Origin: the human T2T-CHM13v2.0 reference genome, Homo sapiens
Reading direction: 5' to 3' (one strand)
Assembly (NCBI RefSeq): GCF_009914755.1
Contig: NC_060926.1
DNA length: 64,000 bases
Shown one piece after another: positions 16,751 through 30,068 of this stretch; position 1 is the stretch's first letter, and each line of letters begins with the position of its first letter. A program made the position numbers and the translations under genes. A model generated the notes under the pieces. That model saw only the letters and a list, made by a program, of their open reading frames with translations, made no database searches and had not been told where the DNA came from.

Positions 16751-18809
16751 CATGCCCTTAGAAGAAATTGTTTCCCTGGTCTCTATTTTCAGATGGATTT
16801 TTTTTATCAGCTACAGTCTCTCGGGCCACTACATGAGAGGTGGGATGCTTTATCTGATTGGCAAAAATCATGAGACTGACATCTATTAGTTCACATCACT
16901 CCATGGAACAAGGATCTGATGTTCAAAGTCCATATTGGCCATGTGGTCCTTCCCACTCCATTATTTTAGAGAAGCCATCTTCTCTTTTATACAGTCAGCT
17001 TAACAGTGCAGGCTCTGCCCTTGCAATTAGTGACTAGCAATTCTGGGTGCTTTCATCAAGCAGATGATAAGAAGGCTGACTCTAGATAAAGACCAACCCA
17101 TGTTCTCTAACCTAGCAATACTAGTAATATTTTTTTCTCTCCAGCTGTCAGTCTTATCTGTTTCTCAATTGCATTGGTACCAAAAATGTTTGGTTACTGG
17201 TTTGTAATAAATTGCTAATACAAATAAGTCTAGAATATACTACAAGAGCAAAAACCATAATATTATCCATATTTTTATTTATCTAGAATGTCTCTTACTT
17301 AGTTTTTAGATGCAGGAGTCAAATCTCAAGAACGCTAAGTGACTTGCTAAAAAGCTCTCAGCTCTGACATGGAATGAGTATGAGTAAAATCCATGTTTCT
17401 GGATGTCTAGTCAAATATTCTTCTCACTCACTCCATGTAATCATGTACTGATTAAAACATAATGGTCAAATGAGGTTATGTGGCTAAAACTGACCACTGA
17501 AGGCATAAGAGACATCAGGATCTTACTCTTGAGACATCAGGATCATTCTGAAAAATGCTGCTAAGCAGATTTAATGTCAATCAACAATCAGAGCCAATGT
17601 CCATTTGAACCACAAAAAACAGATTATCTGAAATGGGCCTTGGCTCAGTATTTAAGTGGTATTCATGCAATTCAGAAATGGCTTTGGTGAAATCTAATGC
17701 TAAGAGACTACTAACAACTCACAGATCTAACTGCGACACTGAGTCATAATAATAATATATGCCTGACTTTTTTAGTCACAGAAAACCCATAGAATTTTGT
17801 GCCAAAAAGATCTTGCATGGCTTATAAGCTATGCAGAGAAATGAAAAGCAAACAGAATAAACTGTAAGAGCTTAAGAGTGGCAAACAAAACCACCTATTG
17901 GGTAAATGAAACAACTTGATATATCATTAAGTGAAGTTTACAGACTGCTCTGTGGATAGGTCACAAAGCCAACCTTTCTGGCTAAGGTCCAGGAGTCAAT
18001 AAAATCTGCATTGAGCCATAGCAGTTTTCTAAATAGAAAGCAACACAAAACATTTCTCAACAGCTTTGTCTCTACATCATGGCTCAGGAGGGTTGAGGGG
18101 TAGTAGATTGGTAGATTAATTATATCATGTTTGCTAACAATCTGAAAAGCCCAAGGAAGCACAGAGTCAGCCTTCTCTTGGGGTAAGACCTGAGCAATTG
18201 GCCTAGAAGAATAAAATATATAAATGTTCTACCTCAAGACCCAGGCAAGGGCAAACATCTTTATTTGGCAAGGTCTGTATTTTAAATCTGATGTTTCTAG
18301 ATGCTTGCCCTTGCTCCTCCATCTTACAATTCTACAAGCATCGACTGAGCACTAATAAGCATGCCAAAAGTGCTTTGTAAACTGAAAAGTGGATGAATGT
18401 AAGGAACGGTTATCATTAATTAGAATATGTAATAGATCATGCACATGATTGTTGTAAAAATGAGAAAGACATTATTCTTCCTCTGTCTTCTGAAAGGTGG
18501 AATTTTTTGCTTGTCTTTTGTTGTGGTTTATTTGCTATTGTAAAGAAAGGACCATGTTTATACATTTTCTGTTTATATTTTGTTTTAAACGTGCTTACCC
18601 ATATTTTTTTAAATAAAAGAGTAGAAAGCAAACCTTATTTTTCATTGCTTACTATGGTTTAGAATTATTAAATGTTTTCTTTCCTAGTGATCACGACAGC
18701 CATGCAGAGGCACAGAAAAAGGAAAAAGCATACCCCTAGTCATCCAAATGAAGTGGCATTCAAACCCACAACTTCTCACTTCACATTCTTTATTACTAGA
18801 CCTTGGCAC

Positions 18810-19020
18810 TTGGTGCCTTTTATGGAGCACCTGCTCTGGGCCAGACATTGTTGTGTATTTTACACAGGGTATCTCAATTATTATCTTTATTTTACAATCA
18901 ATGAGACTGAAGGTCACAGAAGCTAAGCAATTTGCTTAACATTATACCTTATAAATAACAAAACTGGAAACTAAATCCAGATGGGTCTGGTTCTCAAGTT
19001 TTTGATTGTTGTACCATACC
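18810..19020 (-). mobile_element. MIR
   Basis: TTTATGGAGCACCTGCTCTGGGCCAGACATTG...ACTGAAGGTCACAGAAGCTAAGCAATTTGC. Confidence 0.65.
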
Positions 19021-19494
19021 ATGCATCCCATCTAGTCTATATAGGCAGGAATCCATTAATAATGGCAATTGCTGCTTCGGGGCACCTTGATCAGGTATTT
19101 CTTATTATGTTTCTAATATTGGAAGTAATTATTTTAATTTTGGATTTTAACAAGACTACAATAGAATATGTTGAAAATGACTAAAATTTCACCATGGCAA
19201 CATCTACATGTGGTTTACCAATATTGATTTGAAAATAAAGGTCTATACGAAAGTATAAGAATATACTCATGTAACTGGTACATGGTATTACTGAAAAAGC
19301 CTTCTCACTAAAGTTACTTTCCTGATACTTTCTTCATTATTGTGCAGCCAAGGTTGTAGGCACGGACGGAATTTTTTCTTAGTATGTTGCAGCCCAAGAC
19401 TCAGAACCTTTCTGTGGTTTCTTCAGTGATTGCACTAGGTACATCCTCTCCTTACTGAGTTTAGTCTAACTAACAAAGCAGGGATTTTGCTACT

Positions 19495-19850
19495 AGACTG
19501 TCTTGTGTAATCAATCTATATGGCTTTGTCTTTCCAACACCCCTTTCTTCCTTTGGAAAAGTATCCCTTCCCACTTTCATTTGGTTCTGGTAAGACTACA
19601 AATTATAAAAAGACACTTTGCCTTACAGCAGAGCATAGGGAATAGAAAGATGGCTGAGGGGTGGTGCTCATGAGCCAGACTGAGCCCAACAGAATCCTTC
19701 CCCAGAATTTTCCAAAGGGAGTTGTCTCTCTGCACTTGGATTATAAATCGTATGTTACTTTCAAGGTTCCAGGGGACATGTCACCAGTTATATGTTTGAC
19801 CCTGAGAGAATGAAGTCAACTCACAGCTAAAGAAATAGAAAAAACTCTAC
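19495..19850 (+). mobile_element. Old MaLR LTR fragment (MLT1K/L-like)
   Basis: CAACACCC...TTCCTTTGGAAAAGTATCCCTTCCCACT...CCAGACTGAGCCCAACAGAATCCTTCCC. Confidence 0.4.
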
Positions 19851-19909
19851 TTTTGTGGTCCTCGCAGCTAATGGAAAAAGACAGAAAATGAAATAAATAA
19901 GCAAGTTTT

Positions 19910-20290
19910 ACAGTGTACTAACTGCTATTGTTATTGCCTCCCAAGACAATTTCCTATCTTGGTACCTGCCTCTTTCTTGCTCTTTGCCAAGAACTTCCCC
20001 TTGCACCTAGAATGGTGTTCATTCATTCTGCAGAGCTGCTCAGAAGTGTGAGAGTTTTAATATGCCTAGAGCAACCATCAACCACAAAAGGATCCCAGGA
20101 ATCTGTGGAAAATATCCGTTTCTCCATCCCTCTTTTGGGTAATTCTGGAGTACACTCTAGCTGGCTATTCAGAAAATCTCTAGCAGGATTGGGTCAAAGT
20201 TACTCATCGTGGTACCGGATTAAACATGCACCCTTCACTGGCTTCACTCCCTTCTCTGTGTCACTTTCTCTACTCCTTCTTTTATGTTTT
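19910..20290 (+). mobile_element. LTR16C-like ERVL LTR
   Basis: GCAACCATCAACCA...GGGTAATTCTGGAG...ATGCACCCTTCACTGGCTTCACTCCCTTCTCTGTGTCACTT. Confidence 0.55.
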
Positions 20291-20309
20291 AATTTATCAA
20301 AGTTTTTTA

Positions 20310-20730
20310 ATGAGACCAACCATATTCCCTAATTCTGCATGTGGTTTTACCAGGTCACAAGCAATCCATACCATCGTCCTCCTCCACTAATCATTTTACA
20401 CTCCTCTTACCCTCAATCAGCACTCCTCCTTGTCTGGGTGGTTTAATGGGTGGGATGACCAAAGTCCTCAACTCCGAGATTTCTGAACTCTTGGTTTCCA
20501 CGTCCCTCTTGGGCCATGACTGCTGCCCTTATCCATTTACCACCAAAACTAGGCAAAAAGGTAGCCAAAGATGTCCAAGCTGGTTAGCTAAATGTCCACT
20601 GTATTCTCCTCTGTGGCCATTGTGGACTTGTAATGATCAGGGTCAGTCATCACAGCCAGGATGCTAATTCCTTTCCTTCCCTATGGGACTTTCATCACAG
20701 AGTCAACACTGATGAGTGGTAGACATAACT
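20310..20730 (-). mobile_element. ERVL (HERV16-like) internal 3' piece: dUTPase-like / pol end remnant
   Basis: The - strand reads KGISILAVMTDPDHYK..HNGHRGEY, matching ERVL 'KGVTVLAGVIDPDYQGEIGLLLHNGGKEEY'. Confidence 0.7.
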
Positions 20731-23191
20731 TAAATTAGAATGAGGCCTCTACTTCTGACCATAATCAAGTAACAAAAACTGGGTTTACTTTTTTCTTTAA
20801 ATAATTTAAAACTGGACAAAATATTTAAAATGATGGTTTTCAAACATTGGTCAACAGGTAGAGCTTAAGAGTGGTCCCTGAGAGAAGGGAAGTATATCAA
20901 TGATCCCTATAAATTCCTTCAGTTTACTGCCTCAAGAGATTCTACAGTGCAAGGAGGGGAGCCCAAACCCAAACTAAGGGGTTCCCTTACTGGCAGAGCC
21001 AGCTTAGATTTCAGGGAGGCCAAAGTGGCTAGAAGCCACAGGACAGTGTACTCAAAAGCAGAGGGATGCACAGAGAAAAAAATTCCAGAGAGCTGCAAAG
21101 GGAACCCTCAAGTCTTTGGCTGAGTGTTGATCCAGTCATGGGTTTGAAGAAACTACCAAGTGCAGAGAAAAGTCATCAGAAAGGAACATGCTGAATGATC
21201 ACCAGGACTTACAGGGATTAGGGAAGTTTATGTCTTCCTCTAGCTCTAGTGGAGAAGCCATCTAACATAGGGAATTGAGCAGAATTTTGAGAAGGTATTG
21301 CCTCAGCAGTGGGCCAAATTAGCCCAGAATAAAGGTGGCTTAGGTCCTAGCTAGCAAAGCTTAAAAGCAAGCCTCAAGTGAATTGAACTACTTCCATGTA
21401 GCTTAACTATGTCCTAGGAGTGAAAAAAAAAAGGCAAAACAAACAAACAAAAAATTTTAAACACACAAAAAATCCAGTATGCAATAACATAAAATTCACA
21501 ATTTTGGGCATCCAATAAAAATTACAGCTGTGCAGTGAATCTGGAAAATCAACCATAGCAGGCAGAAAAAATCAACCCATGGAAGCAACCCAAAATTACA
21601 CAGATAACAGAAGTTTGTAAACAAAGATATTAAAGTATTATTATCAATATGTTCCTTATATTCCAGAAGATAGAATGATGCAATTGTTTAATAATGAGAA
21701 ACATAAAAGAAATTAGGAAACCACAAATCAAACTTGAAGACATAAAAAAAAAGTCTGAGAGTAAAAATAAACTAAAAAAAAATTAAAATAAAAACACACT
21801 GAATAGGACTAGCAGCAGCTTACATACTAAAGAAAAATAAACATTAGTGACTTCAAAGGCACAGTAATACTACACAAAGTGAAACACACAGAAGGAAAAA
21901 AAGATTGAAAAAACAAAAAACAAATGATCAGCTTTGAGGCAACACCAAGAGGCCTAACATACCTATAATTGGAGATTCTGAACAGAAATAGAGGAGAAAG
22001 ATGAGGGAAGAGAAAAAAAAAATCTAAAGAAAATATGGCAAACGAAATGACACATTTGAAACAAAACCTATAGAACAAAGAAACTTACAGACTCCTAGAA
22101 CCAAGTCTCACATAAAGACACAAAGGTGTTTTCAGACACAAAAGTAAAATAAAAACTTTTTAGACATATGACATCTGAGAATATCCATTGCCAGCAAATC
22201 ATACAATAAAAAATGTGAAAATAAGAATTTCAGACAGAAAAAAATGAGACTAGTTGGAAATCTGAATTTACACAAAAATGTGAAAACTATCAGAAATGCA
22301 AAAACATGGATCAATATAAAGTTATTTTTTCTTAAAAATTCATGTAAAAGATAAAAGCAAACATGATGACAAGATATTGAAGGTTTATAACATGTGGAAG
22401 TAAAATGTATAATAGTAGCACAAAAGGCAGGAGAGGAGAAAGAGAAGTATATTACTGTAAAATAGACTGTATATAATATGTTGTAATATTACATAAAAGT
22501 AGACTGTGTACACTTTAAATACTAAGATAATCATTAAAATATTGTGATAATATAATAATGAAATTTTAAAAATGCTCAATTCAAAAGACAGCAGGTAAGA
22601 GGCCAAAATTGACCAAAAATAGACAACACAAATAGAAAACTAAATAGAATGGTAGATTTAAATCCAATCATGTCAATTATCACATTAGATATAAATTATC
22701 TAAACACAACAATTTGTAGACAGAGATTGTCAAATTGAATAGAAAATCAAGACCCAAATATATGCTGACTACAAGCACACATATACACACACATGTATAG
22801 ATACTCACATTTACATATAAAAACAGACACAGATTGCATGTACTAGGATGGAAAAACACATGCCTTCACAAATGAAAGGAAAACTGGAGTGACTATATTA
22901 ACATCAGAGAGTAATTTCAGAGTAAAAAGATAAAACAGAGAGAGGGTCATTTGAGAATTATTGAGAGAACATAGTAATTCTAAATATTTATGTATAACAA
23001 TAGAACTTTAAAAGACATAAAACTGATAAAACTGAAAGGAAAAATAGGGAAAGCCAGCAGCCTTCCTTCAACAATTGATAGAACAGACAAAAAAAATTAG
23101 CAGGTATCTAGAAGTCTTGAACAAAACTGCCAGCCAACTAGATCTAATTGATATTTATTACTACATCTACACAAAAAAGCAGAATATGCAT

Positions 23192-24300
23192 ATTTTTTTT
23201 CTTTTTCTTTTCTGCAACCTCTGCCTCCTGGGTTCCAGTGATTCTCCTGCCTCAGCCTCCCTAATGCGTCTGGAATTGGTGGGTTATTGATCTCACTGAC
23301 TTCAAGAGAGTTTGTTCCTTCTGATATTTGGAAGTGTCTGGAGTTTATTCCTACTGGTAGGTTCACGGTCTCGCTGACTTCAGGAGTGAAGCTGCAGACC
23401 TTTAGACCTTCGGGGTGAGTGTTACAGCACTTAAAGGCAGCACTTCTGGAGTTGTTCATTCCTCCGGGTGAGTTCGTGGTCTCACTGGCTTCAGGAGTGA
23501 AGCTGCAGACCCTCGCAGTGAGTGTTACAGTTCATAAACGTGGCGGGTCCAGAGTTGCTCTTCCTCCCAGTCGGTTGGCAGTCTTGCTGACTTCACGAGT
23601 GAAGCTGCAGACCTTCGTGGTGAGCGTCTTACAGCTCTTAAAGGCGGCGCCTCCGGAGTTGTTTGTTCCTCCCGGTGGGTTTGTGGTCTCACTGACTTCA
23701 GGAATGAAGCTGCAGAACTTTGTGGTGAGTGTTGCAGCTCATACAGGCAGCGCAGACCCAGTGAGCAGCAGTAAGATTTATTGCTAAGAGCGAAAGAAAA
23801 AAAGTTCCACGTGCGGAAGGGGACTCTCGGCAGGTGGCCGAGGCTAGCTCGGGTGGACTGCGTTTATTCCCTTAACTGGCCCCACCCACATCCTGCTGAT
23901 TGGTCCATTTTACAGACAGCTGATTAGTCCATTTCACAGAGAGCTGATTGGCCCATTTTACAGAGAGCTGATTGGTCCATTTTCACAGAGTGCTGATTGG
24001 TGCATTTACAAACCTTTAGCTAGACACAGAGTGCTGACTGATGCATTTACAACCCTTTAGCTAGACAGAAAAGTTCTCCAAGTCCCCACCCGATCCAGAA
24101 GCCCAACTCGCTTCACCTCTCACTAGTAGCTGGGATTATAGGCGTGTGCCACCACACCTGATTAATTTTTTTGTATTTTTAGTAGAGATGGGATTTTGCC
24201 ATGTTGGCCAGGCTGGTCTCAAACTCCTGACCTCAGGTGATCCACACGCCTTCGCCTCCCAAAGTGCTGGGATTTCAGAGGTGAGCCACTGTGCCTGGCC
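23192..24300 (-). mobile_element. AluS (Sx-like) split by LTR12; pieces 23192-23264 and 24123-24300
   Basis: TSD AGAATATGCAT at 23181 and 24301. The Alu text CAGCCTCCC|TAGTAGCTGGG rejoins across the LTR. About 55 nt are missing next to the tail. Confidence 0.92.
23265..24122 (-). mobile_element. Solo LTR12-family (ERV9) LTR
   Basis: TG..GGAATTGGTGGGTT start, repeated CTGACTTCAGGAGTGAAGCTGCAGACC units, GCTGATTGG repeats and CTTCACCTCTCA end; 4-bp TSD CTAA/CTAG. Confidence 0.93.
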
Positions 24301-25106
24301 AGAATATGCATGCTTGTGCACATAAAATATATACCAGGATAGACTATGTGATAAAACAGATTTTAATACATTTATAAGGATTGAAATAATATAAAATATG
24401 TTCACCAACCACAGCAGAAGAAAATTAAAAATTAATAACAAATATATCTGGAAGATTCCTTGATGTTTTCCAAAAAAAAAAAAAACCCACACATACCACA
24501 CATATTTAAAATAACCTGTAGGTCCAAAATAAAAAAGAAAATTAAAATATATTTTGAACAAAAGAAACGAAAACATGACATATCAAAATATGTGGCTAAG
24601 GCAGTACTTAAAATATATTGCATTACATTTTTTTTTTACTAAAAAAGTATAAATCAATGATCTAAAATTTCAATTTATGAGAATGGGAAAATAAGAGCAA
24701 ATTAAGCACAAAATAATCAGAAAGACGACAAAGATAACATGATAAATCAGCATAACAGAAAACAGAATAAAAATAGACAAAGTCAATATAATCAAAGATG
24801 GTTATTTGAAAAGGTTTATAAAATTGATAAGCCTCTAGCCAGGGCAGGAGAAAAAGCAAAGACACAAACTACTAATATAGAGAATGAGTCATGAGACATT
24901 TCTACAGATCTTAGAGACAATAAAGGGATAAAAAGGGAATATGTAATTTGTGCTTAAAGGGACCAATGCCTTAAAGATACAGACTCACTCAAAAGAAATA
25001 GGTAAATCAAAAAATAAATAATAGTAATTCTACATATGTTTTTCCAAAACAGTTAATGAGGAAACACTGCAGAACTCTTTCTATGAGGCCTGCACTGCCC
25101 TGATAA

Positions 25107-25572
<466 letters not shown>

Positions 25573-26121
25573 TCAAAGAATAATAGGTCATGACCAAGTG
25601 GGATTTTCTCAGGAATGCACGTTTACTTTTGCAGTCATAAATAAATAATATCATTCACTCTACTAAGAAACTAAAAAAACAAAACTCATTTGGCTATCAC
25701 AATAGATGCAAAAAATCCTTTGACAAAACTCAACATTCATTCATGATAGAAACTGAGAGAACTAGAAATAGAAAGGACTTCTTATTCTATGAAAAAAGTG
25801 TAATCTACAAAAAAAAATCTGTAAATAACACTAAGTATACTTAATGGTAATAGATAATACAGATAGAAAGCATGAATATACAATCTCGCCACTTCACTCA
25901 AGATCCTAGGGATATTTGGCAGAAAAAGAAATAAAACATAAACAGATTAGAAAAGAGAAAATAAACTGTATTTGTAGACTGTATGAGCTGATTGTCTATG
26001 TAGAACATCCCAAGAAATCGACCAAAAAAAACAAACAAAACGCTAGAACTAGTACTCTTACACAACAAATGAGACTAGCAAGATTGCAGGATATGAAATC
26101 AAAAGTAAAAATACATTTCAG

Positions 26122-26422
<301 letters not shown>

Positions 26423-26519
26423 TTAGTTTAATAAATTAGCCACAATAAAATATTAAAATTAAAAATACAACTAAAATAGCTTAAAATATGAAATGTTTGA
26501 TATTTGGTGCCCCTGAAAC

Positions 26520-28973
26520 TTGATACTACATTATAAAGAGAATGAGATTGTTAACACAGCTCTATAGAACAATCATAAAATTATACTGATGTCTGGCCCA
26601 TGTAAAGGCAAACTACTTTTGTCCTCCTCTCTCTGGAAAGGAAGGGGAAAAAAAAGCATTCTATAGATCAATGGCTGCGTATCATGAGATTGTGTTAATT
26701 TCCCTAGCAAAAATACTGCATCAGGCATAGCAGCTGCAGTTGGGGCTACAGTTTGATTGAGCCCTCCAGGATCCATCTGGTTTTTGTACAGTCACACAGG
26801 TAAATTTAATGGGGATGTGATGGAGACAACCACTTTTGCATCCTGTAGGCCTTTAAAGATGGGATTGACCTCTGCCATTCCCAATGGATTGCGCTGTTTT
26901 TTAAAAATTGTATTTATTGTTCATTTTATTTATTATCACTGTTGGGGAGAATGCAGTTTCAGAGGCTTCTACTTGGTCTTTGCCATAACAATAGCCTTTA
27001 CTTTTCAGGTTAAGAAACTAATGTAAATTTTCCTTTAAGTATCAAGTATGTCCATTCCAAAATTTAGGGATTGTGGAAAAGACAACCAAGTAGATTAACA
27101 GAACTAGTGTATCCACTGTGAGCCAGATATAGTCCAGAACTCCATTTATTCCCCAGTTTCCTTATGTCTCCACTCTAACAGAGGGCAAATGATACTAGGT
27201 CTAGGACCTCCACTATCAACTTCCAGTCCAGCCTTGTATTCAGCAGTCCTCAAAGTGCCTGGGGATTTTCTTTTCCCAAGAGTATCTGTTGGGTACATGG
27301 ATATCCAACTAAATGGAAAAGGTCCCTTTAGGGAAGGACTTAGGAATCATTCCTGTGTATACTTTGTGTGGTATTGCAGTGTTATTGGGAAATGGATCTA
27401 ATTTTCAGTCAGTGAATTTAGAAACTAGCTCAGCCAGAAGACTGGGCAAAGAATTATTATTTTTGGTTGGGGAAGCTGATGTCAACCTTCTGATCATCCT
27501 TCCATATTTCCTTTTGATTGTACAGGTAAAGCTATCCCCATGTTGGCTGATCATTCTTTTACAGACTAACACACCCTTAGCTCTCTGTAGGACAGGGCCT
27601 CCCGGCCGCTGACTCCAGCCTTGCTATTCCTGATGTGTCCAGCCTGCTTCTGATGATTATGTGCTACCACTTGGTCACATGTATTTCAGGAATGCAGCAC
27701 CTCATTGGAATCAGGGAATCCCAGTTTTATAAAAGTATCTCCTACATCATCCCAGGCCTACGAAAAGCAACTACCACTAAGCCTCTCAGTGACACTTGCC
27801 CCCTCTAACCAGCACAATCCTCACCACGTTCTTAACTCTGAGCTCTCCTGTGGAATGTGGTTAATGGATGATTTTTCAGGCTTGTACATAGTGTATGCAC
27901 TTTAGCATGACAGTTTCCCTGCCTTTTGACTTAATCCCTCCTTCCACTGTGTGTCTACTTCACATAGTGTGGCCCATACTTTTTCCAAGTTTCCAAGAGC
28001 CATCCTAGCTGTGTTTTCGCACTGCTTTCCACCCACTTTAAAAGGACATTAATTCCCATATTAATGTGGCTGCTTCTCTGTCAATTAACTCTCTTTACAT
28101 TCCACCCCCCTTGATTCAGCAACTTCGGGATCTAGTTCAGTATGTTTTCTCCTGGCTCCTACTGGTATATACTGGCTATCTGCAGATCTTTTGTTCCTTG
28201 TTCCCTTATCAGACCTAGCATTTCTACATTGGATAATGTTACTATTTGACTCTAGTTATTGATGCTAAGCAAAGTGGAGGTATATTCTAAGACAGGAATG
28301 CATTGTCTAATAAGACAAATACTTCTGCATCACCTTCAAGCAACATGGGTGCACCAGCCTTAATCAGGAAGGAGTGGTATCTTCTTTAGGCCTGGGGAGT
28401 TAGGAAAACATGGGTTTTCAAGATTTTTTTAATGCATTCGCTCAAATATCATCATCCCAAGTTTCAGAGTCTCACTTTTTACTAACTAGAGCCTGACTTG
28501 AGTGTTAGAGACTTTCTAGGGTTGAGGGTTCAAATTTGCAGACACTACTATTAATTAAGTCCTGGACTTAATCCTCAGCTTTTCTTGGCCTCCAGCCGCA
28601 AGATATGAGACTCTTTTTATATGCTATAAAGGAGCTTTCTGGCTTTATATTTCACATTTAACCACCAGTCACCTTTAACCTTTTACTGTCTTCCTCCAAT
28701 ATATTAATAAAATTCAGCAACAGCCATCAGATTCCATTATCCTTGTAATTACTAATTCCTCCAAACCTCTCAAAAGCCTGCGATACTGTACCTGCCAGCG
28801 CATTTCCCCAACCCATTTCATCCCAGTTCACCATGGGTAAAAGCACTAACTATTGTTCAACTACAGCGTGCCAGGGCCTACTAGTGCTCCCATTTAGTGC
28901 TAGCTTGCTGGCAAGTAATGCAACACTAAAATCCTGCCTTATTGCCTACTTCCTCAGAACACTCCTGGCACCA
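26520..28973 (-). mobile_element. ERVL (HERV16-like) internal region: leader/gag, protease and RT N-terminus
   Basis: The - strand gives a degenerate protease (GLLNT for LLDTG; GINGVLDYIWLTV) at ~27100-27280. RT GMAEVNPIFKGLQDAKVVVSITSPLNLP..QKPDGSWR..LNQTVAPTAAAMPDAVFLL..YAAIDL at ~26650-26900 matches HERV-L pol. The gag part is inferred from position. Confidence 0.85.
28956..28973 (-). other. Retroviral primer-binding site, tRNA-Leu type
   Basis: TGGTGCCAGGAGTG on the - strand immediately 3' of the LTR, as expected for ERVL. Confidence 0.7.
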
Positions 28974-28974
28974 A

Positions 28975-29395
28975 CTGGCAAACAGACTTTAAGATGAGTT
29001 TTCCTACATGAAACTTAATGGGGAATGTTCTCAAGAGCACACCTGAAGAGAGGAAAGAGCTGCTGAACAGAGGGAGTTGAACTGCAACGCCATTGCAGCA
29101 AAGGTTAAAGGCAGTCCCACAGGGAGGTATGGGCCTGGGGTGTCCTTCACAGTTGTGCCAAATTAAAGGAAGGGGGTCGTTGACTTTGTACCCTCACAAT
29201 GGCCAGTCTTGCATGTGAGCTGCTTACCAAAAGGAGCCATATCATTGGGTGGGCCAGCTTCCTTTGGCCAAGGGAAATTCTCAGAGAGGTCCTTAGCTGT
29301 GAGTCATCAGCATCCAATACTCCTGGAAGCTGGAAAACTGATTACCTCCACTCAGAAGCTGGGATCTGAGCAGGATCCCAGGATATCCTCTATGT
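28975..29395 (-). mobile_element. LTR16A-like 5' LTR of the ERVL provirus
   Basis: GAGGGAGTTGAACTGCAACGCCATTGCAGCA...CTTTGTACCCTCACAATGGCCAGTC...AGCTGTGAGTCATCAGCATCCAATACTCC matches reverse LTR16A. Confidence 0.75.
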
Positions 29396-29404
29396 ACTCA
29401 CTGT

Positions 29405-30068
29405 TTTTATTTTATTTTTAAGTAGACTCTATTTTTAGATCAGTTTCAGGTTCACAGAAAAATGGAATGCTTAAAAGTAATGGCAGTTCCCACATACTCC
29501 CTGCCTTCACACATACAGCCTCCCCAACTATCAACATCCCCCATCAAGTGGTACATTTGTTACAGTTGATGAACCTACAGTGACACGTCATTATCACCCC
29601 AAATCCATAGCTTACATTAGGGTTTGCTGTTTGTGTTGTACATGCTATGGGTTTAGACAAACATATGATGTCATGTGTCGACCATTATAGCATCATACAG
29701 AGTAGTGGCACTGCACTAAAAATCCCGTGATCTGTCTGTTTACCTCAGCATTCCCACGAACCCCTAGCAACCACTGATCCTTTCACTATATCCATAGTTT
29801 TCACTTTTCCAGAATGGCATATATTTAAAATTATATATACTATGTAGACTTTTTAGATTGGTTTCTTACACTTAGTAATATGCATTTAAGTTTCTACCAT
29901 GTCTCTTCATGGCTTTATAGTTCATTTCTTCTTAGCACTGAATAATATTCCATTGGCTGGATATACCATAGTTTATCTATTCACCTACTGAAGAACATTT
30001 TGGCTGATTCCAAGTTTTAAAAATTACATATAAAGCTGCCATAAGCATCCATGTGCAGATTTTTGTTT
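29405..30068 (-). mobile_element. L1MC1-type 3' end
   Basis: AGTTTCAGGTTCACAGAAAAAT...GGTACATTTGTTACAGTTGATGAACCTACA...CATTATCACCCCAAATCCATAG. Confidence 0.85.

Noticed and set aside
19910-20290. LTR16C-like element as the 3' LTR of the ERVL provirus
   Set aside because: It appears to be on the opposite strand and of a different LTR type from the 5' LTR at 28975-29395.
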